Source of the DNA: Aliivibrio fischeri ES114
GTDB lineage: Bacteria; Pseudomonadota; Gammaproteobacteria; Enterobacterales; Vibrionaceae
DNA length: 32,000 bases
Assembly: GCF_000011805.1 (NCBI RefSeq)
Contig: NC_006840.2
Strand: one strand, 5' to 3'
Part shown: positions 30,577 to 32,000 of the stretch, piece by piece
Numbering within the stretch: position 1 is the first letter of the stretch
Layout of the letters: every line of letters begins with the position of its first letter
Program-made: the position numbers and the translations under genes
Notes under the pieces: model-generated
The model's input: the letters and a program-made list of their open reading frames with translations, nothing else
What the model was told of the DNA's origin: nothing
The model's database searches: none

Positions 30577-30607
30577 AAACCCGCATTATGTGCGGGTTTT
30601 TTTATGT
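30577..30607 (+). terminator. Terminator after nupC
   Basis: AAACCCGCA-ttatg-TGCGGGTTTTTTT. Confidence 0.85.
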
Positions 30608-30831
30608 CTGTTACTCATGAAAAAGTGTGATGAATAAATGCGCTAAAATCACATTTTTTATGCAAAAAGTTTGAGATGCAAACCGATTGCGTTACCACAC
30701 AAAAACAATCAAGCAAAATTATATTGATATAATGAATCCATAATAAAAGAGAGAAGAACTGCTAGGTTAAAAAAACGAGCTATGGTCTACACTGTAGTTA
30801 AAGCACACATAACCTAAAATGAGAGTCAATT

Positions 30832-31002
30832 ATGAATGAAGTTTTACTATCTATGTTCGCAGGTTTGATTGTTGGAGTTGTTTTCTCTGCAATTAAACTG
30901 CCTATTCCTGCGCCTCCAGTTCTTTCTGGTGTGATGGGGATTGTCGGCGTTTACGCTGGCGCAGTAGGTTATCAATGGATTGTTGAACGTTTCTTTTCAT
31001 AA
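30832..31002 (+). CDS. XapX domain-containing small membrane protein (56 aa)
   Basis: MNEVLLSMFAGLIVGVVFSAIKLPIPAPPVLSGVMGIVGVYAGAVGYQWIVERFFS*; matches XapX/DUF1427 small proteins; absent from the ORF track (short). Confidence 0.88.
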   Translation: MNEVLLSMFAGLIVGVVFSAIKLPIPAPPVLSGVMGIVGVYAGAVGYQWIVERFFS

Positions 31003-31276
31003 TCTCAGTGTCTTTCTCTGGAAACATTGTTTCTCTAGTGCCTCAAAAGAAGTATTGATAAGATGAAGCAATGTTTCAACGGTGTCTCATGATGAGACGT
31101 TAATAAAATCAGTATTTTATTTATTAGAAAATGGAATAAATACTGGCGGCAAAATGGATATTGATTGGGTTTAATATATTGCCCAATTCTTCAAGGAATC
31201 AAGTCCGCTCATTTGCTGTTGAACGTACTTAACCTGAACAGCAAAACTATCAAAGAATTCTATCTATCGGAGATAA

Positions 31277-32000
31277 CAATGAGCGATTTAAAAGCAGCTG
31301 CACTACGTGCATTAAAGTTGATGGATTTAACAACACTAAACGATAACGATACAGACGAAGCGGTAATTGCACTTTGTAAAAATGCAAAAACAGCAGTAGG
31401 TAATACAGCAGCTGTATGTATCTACCCTCGTTTTATTCCTATCGCTAAGAAAACGCTGCGCGAACAAGGCACACCAGAAGTACGCATTGCAACAGTAACT
31501 AACTTCCCTCACGGTAATGATGATATTGAGATTGCTGTTGCTGAAACAAAAGCAGCGGTTGCTTATGGTGCAGATGAAGTTGATGTGGTTTTCCCATATC
31601 GTGCTCTTATTGCTGGTGATGAAACAACAGGTTTTGAACTAGTTAAGCAATGTAAAGAAGCATGTGGTGATGTTCTTCTTAAAGTAATCATCGAAACTGG
31701 TGAATTAAAAGAAGAAGCATTAATCAAAAAAGCATCTCAAATCTGTATTGAAGCTGGTGCTAACTTTATTAAAACCTCAACAGGTAAAGTGCCAGTAAAT
31801 GCTACACCTGAATATGCTCGTATGATGCTTGAAGTTATCCGTGATATGGATGTAGCTAAAACAGTTGGTTTTAAACCTGCTGGCGGCGTTCGTACTGCTG
31901 AAGATGCACAAGCATACCTAGCGATGGCTGATGATATTCTTGGTGGCGATTGGGCTGATAACATGCACTACCGTTTTGGTGCATCAAGCCTACTGACTAA
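31277..32000 (+). CDS. deoC: Deoxyribose-phosphate aldolase, 5' part (runs off the right edge)
   Basis: [60 protein letters not shown]...[43 protein letters not shown]...[21 protein letters not shown]...[19 protein letters not shown]. Confidence 0.95.

Overview
This 32-kb window looks like a conserved Vibrionaceae (probably Aliivibrio-type) chromosomal housekeeping block. It is dense, mostly co-oriented and syntenic with the known dacB/greA-ftsH-glmM-secG-tRNA-rimP-nusA-infB-rbfA-truB-rpsO-pnp-nlpI region. It continues through the anaerobic ubiquinone genes ubiV, ubiU and ubiT, a PAS-GGDEF-EAL protein (RocS-like), yhbS, holD-rimI, prfC, a TatD/YjjV hydrolase, nupC, a small XapX protein and the start of deoC. 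Two tRNAs (Leu-GAG, initiator Met) are present with encoded CCA. I found no mobile element, CRISPR array, prophage, defence island or biosynthetic cluster, and no convincing new multi-gene system. The items worth a second look are intergenic: several long, near-perfect RNA hairpins in operon leaders (glmM-secG, metY-rimP, infB-rbfA, rpsO, pnp, rocS-ubiU), two small ORFs missing from the supplied ORF track, candidate CRP and FNR promoter architectures, and one poorly characterised secreted protein. Product calls come from recalled family resemblance and motifs; no database search was run.
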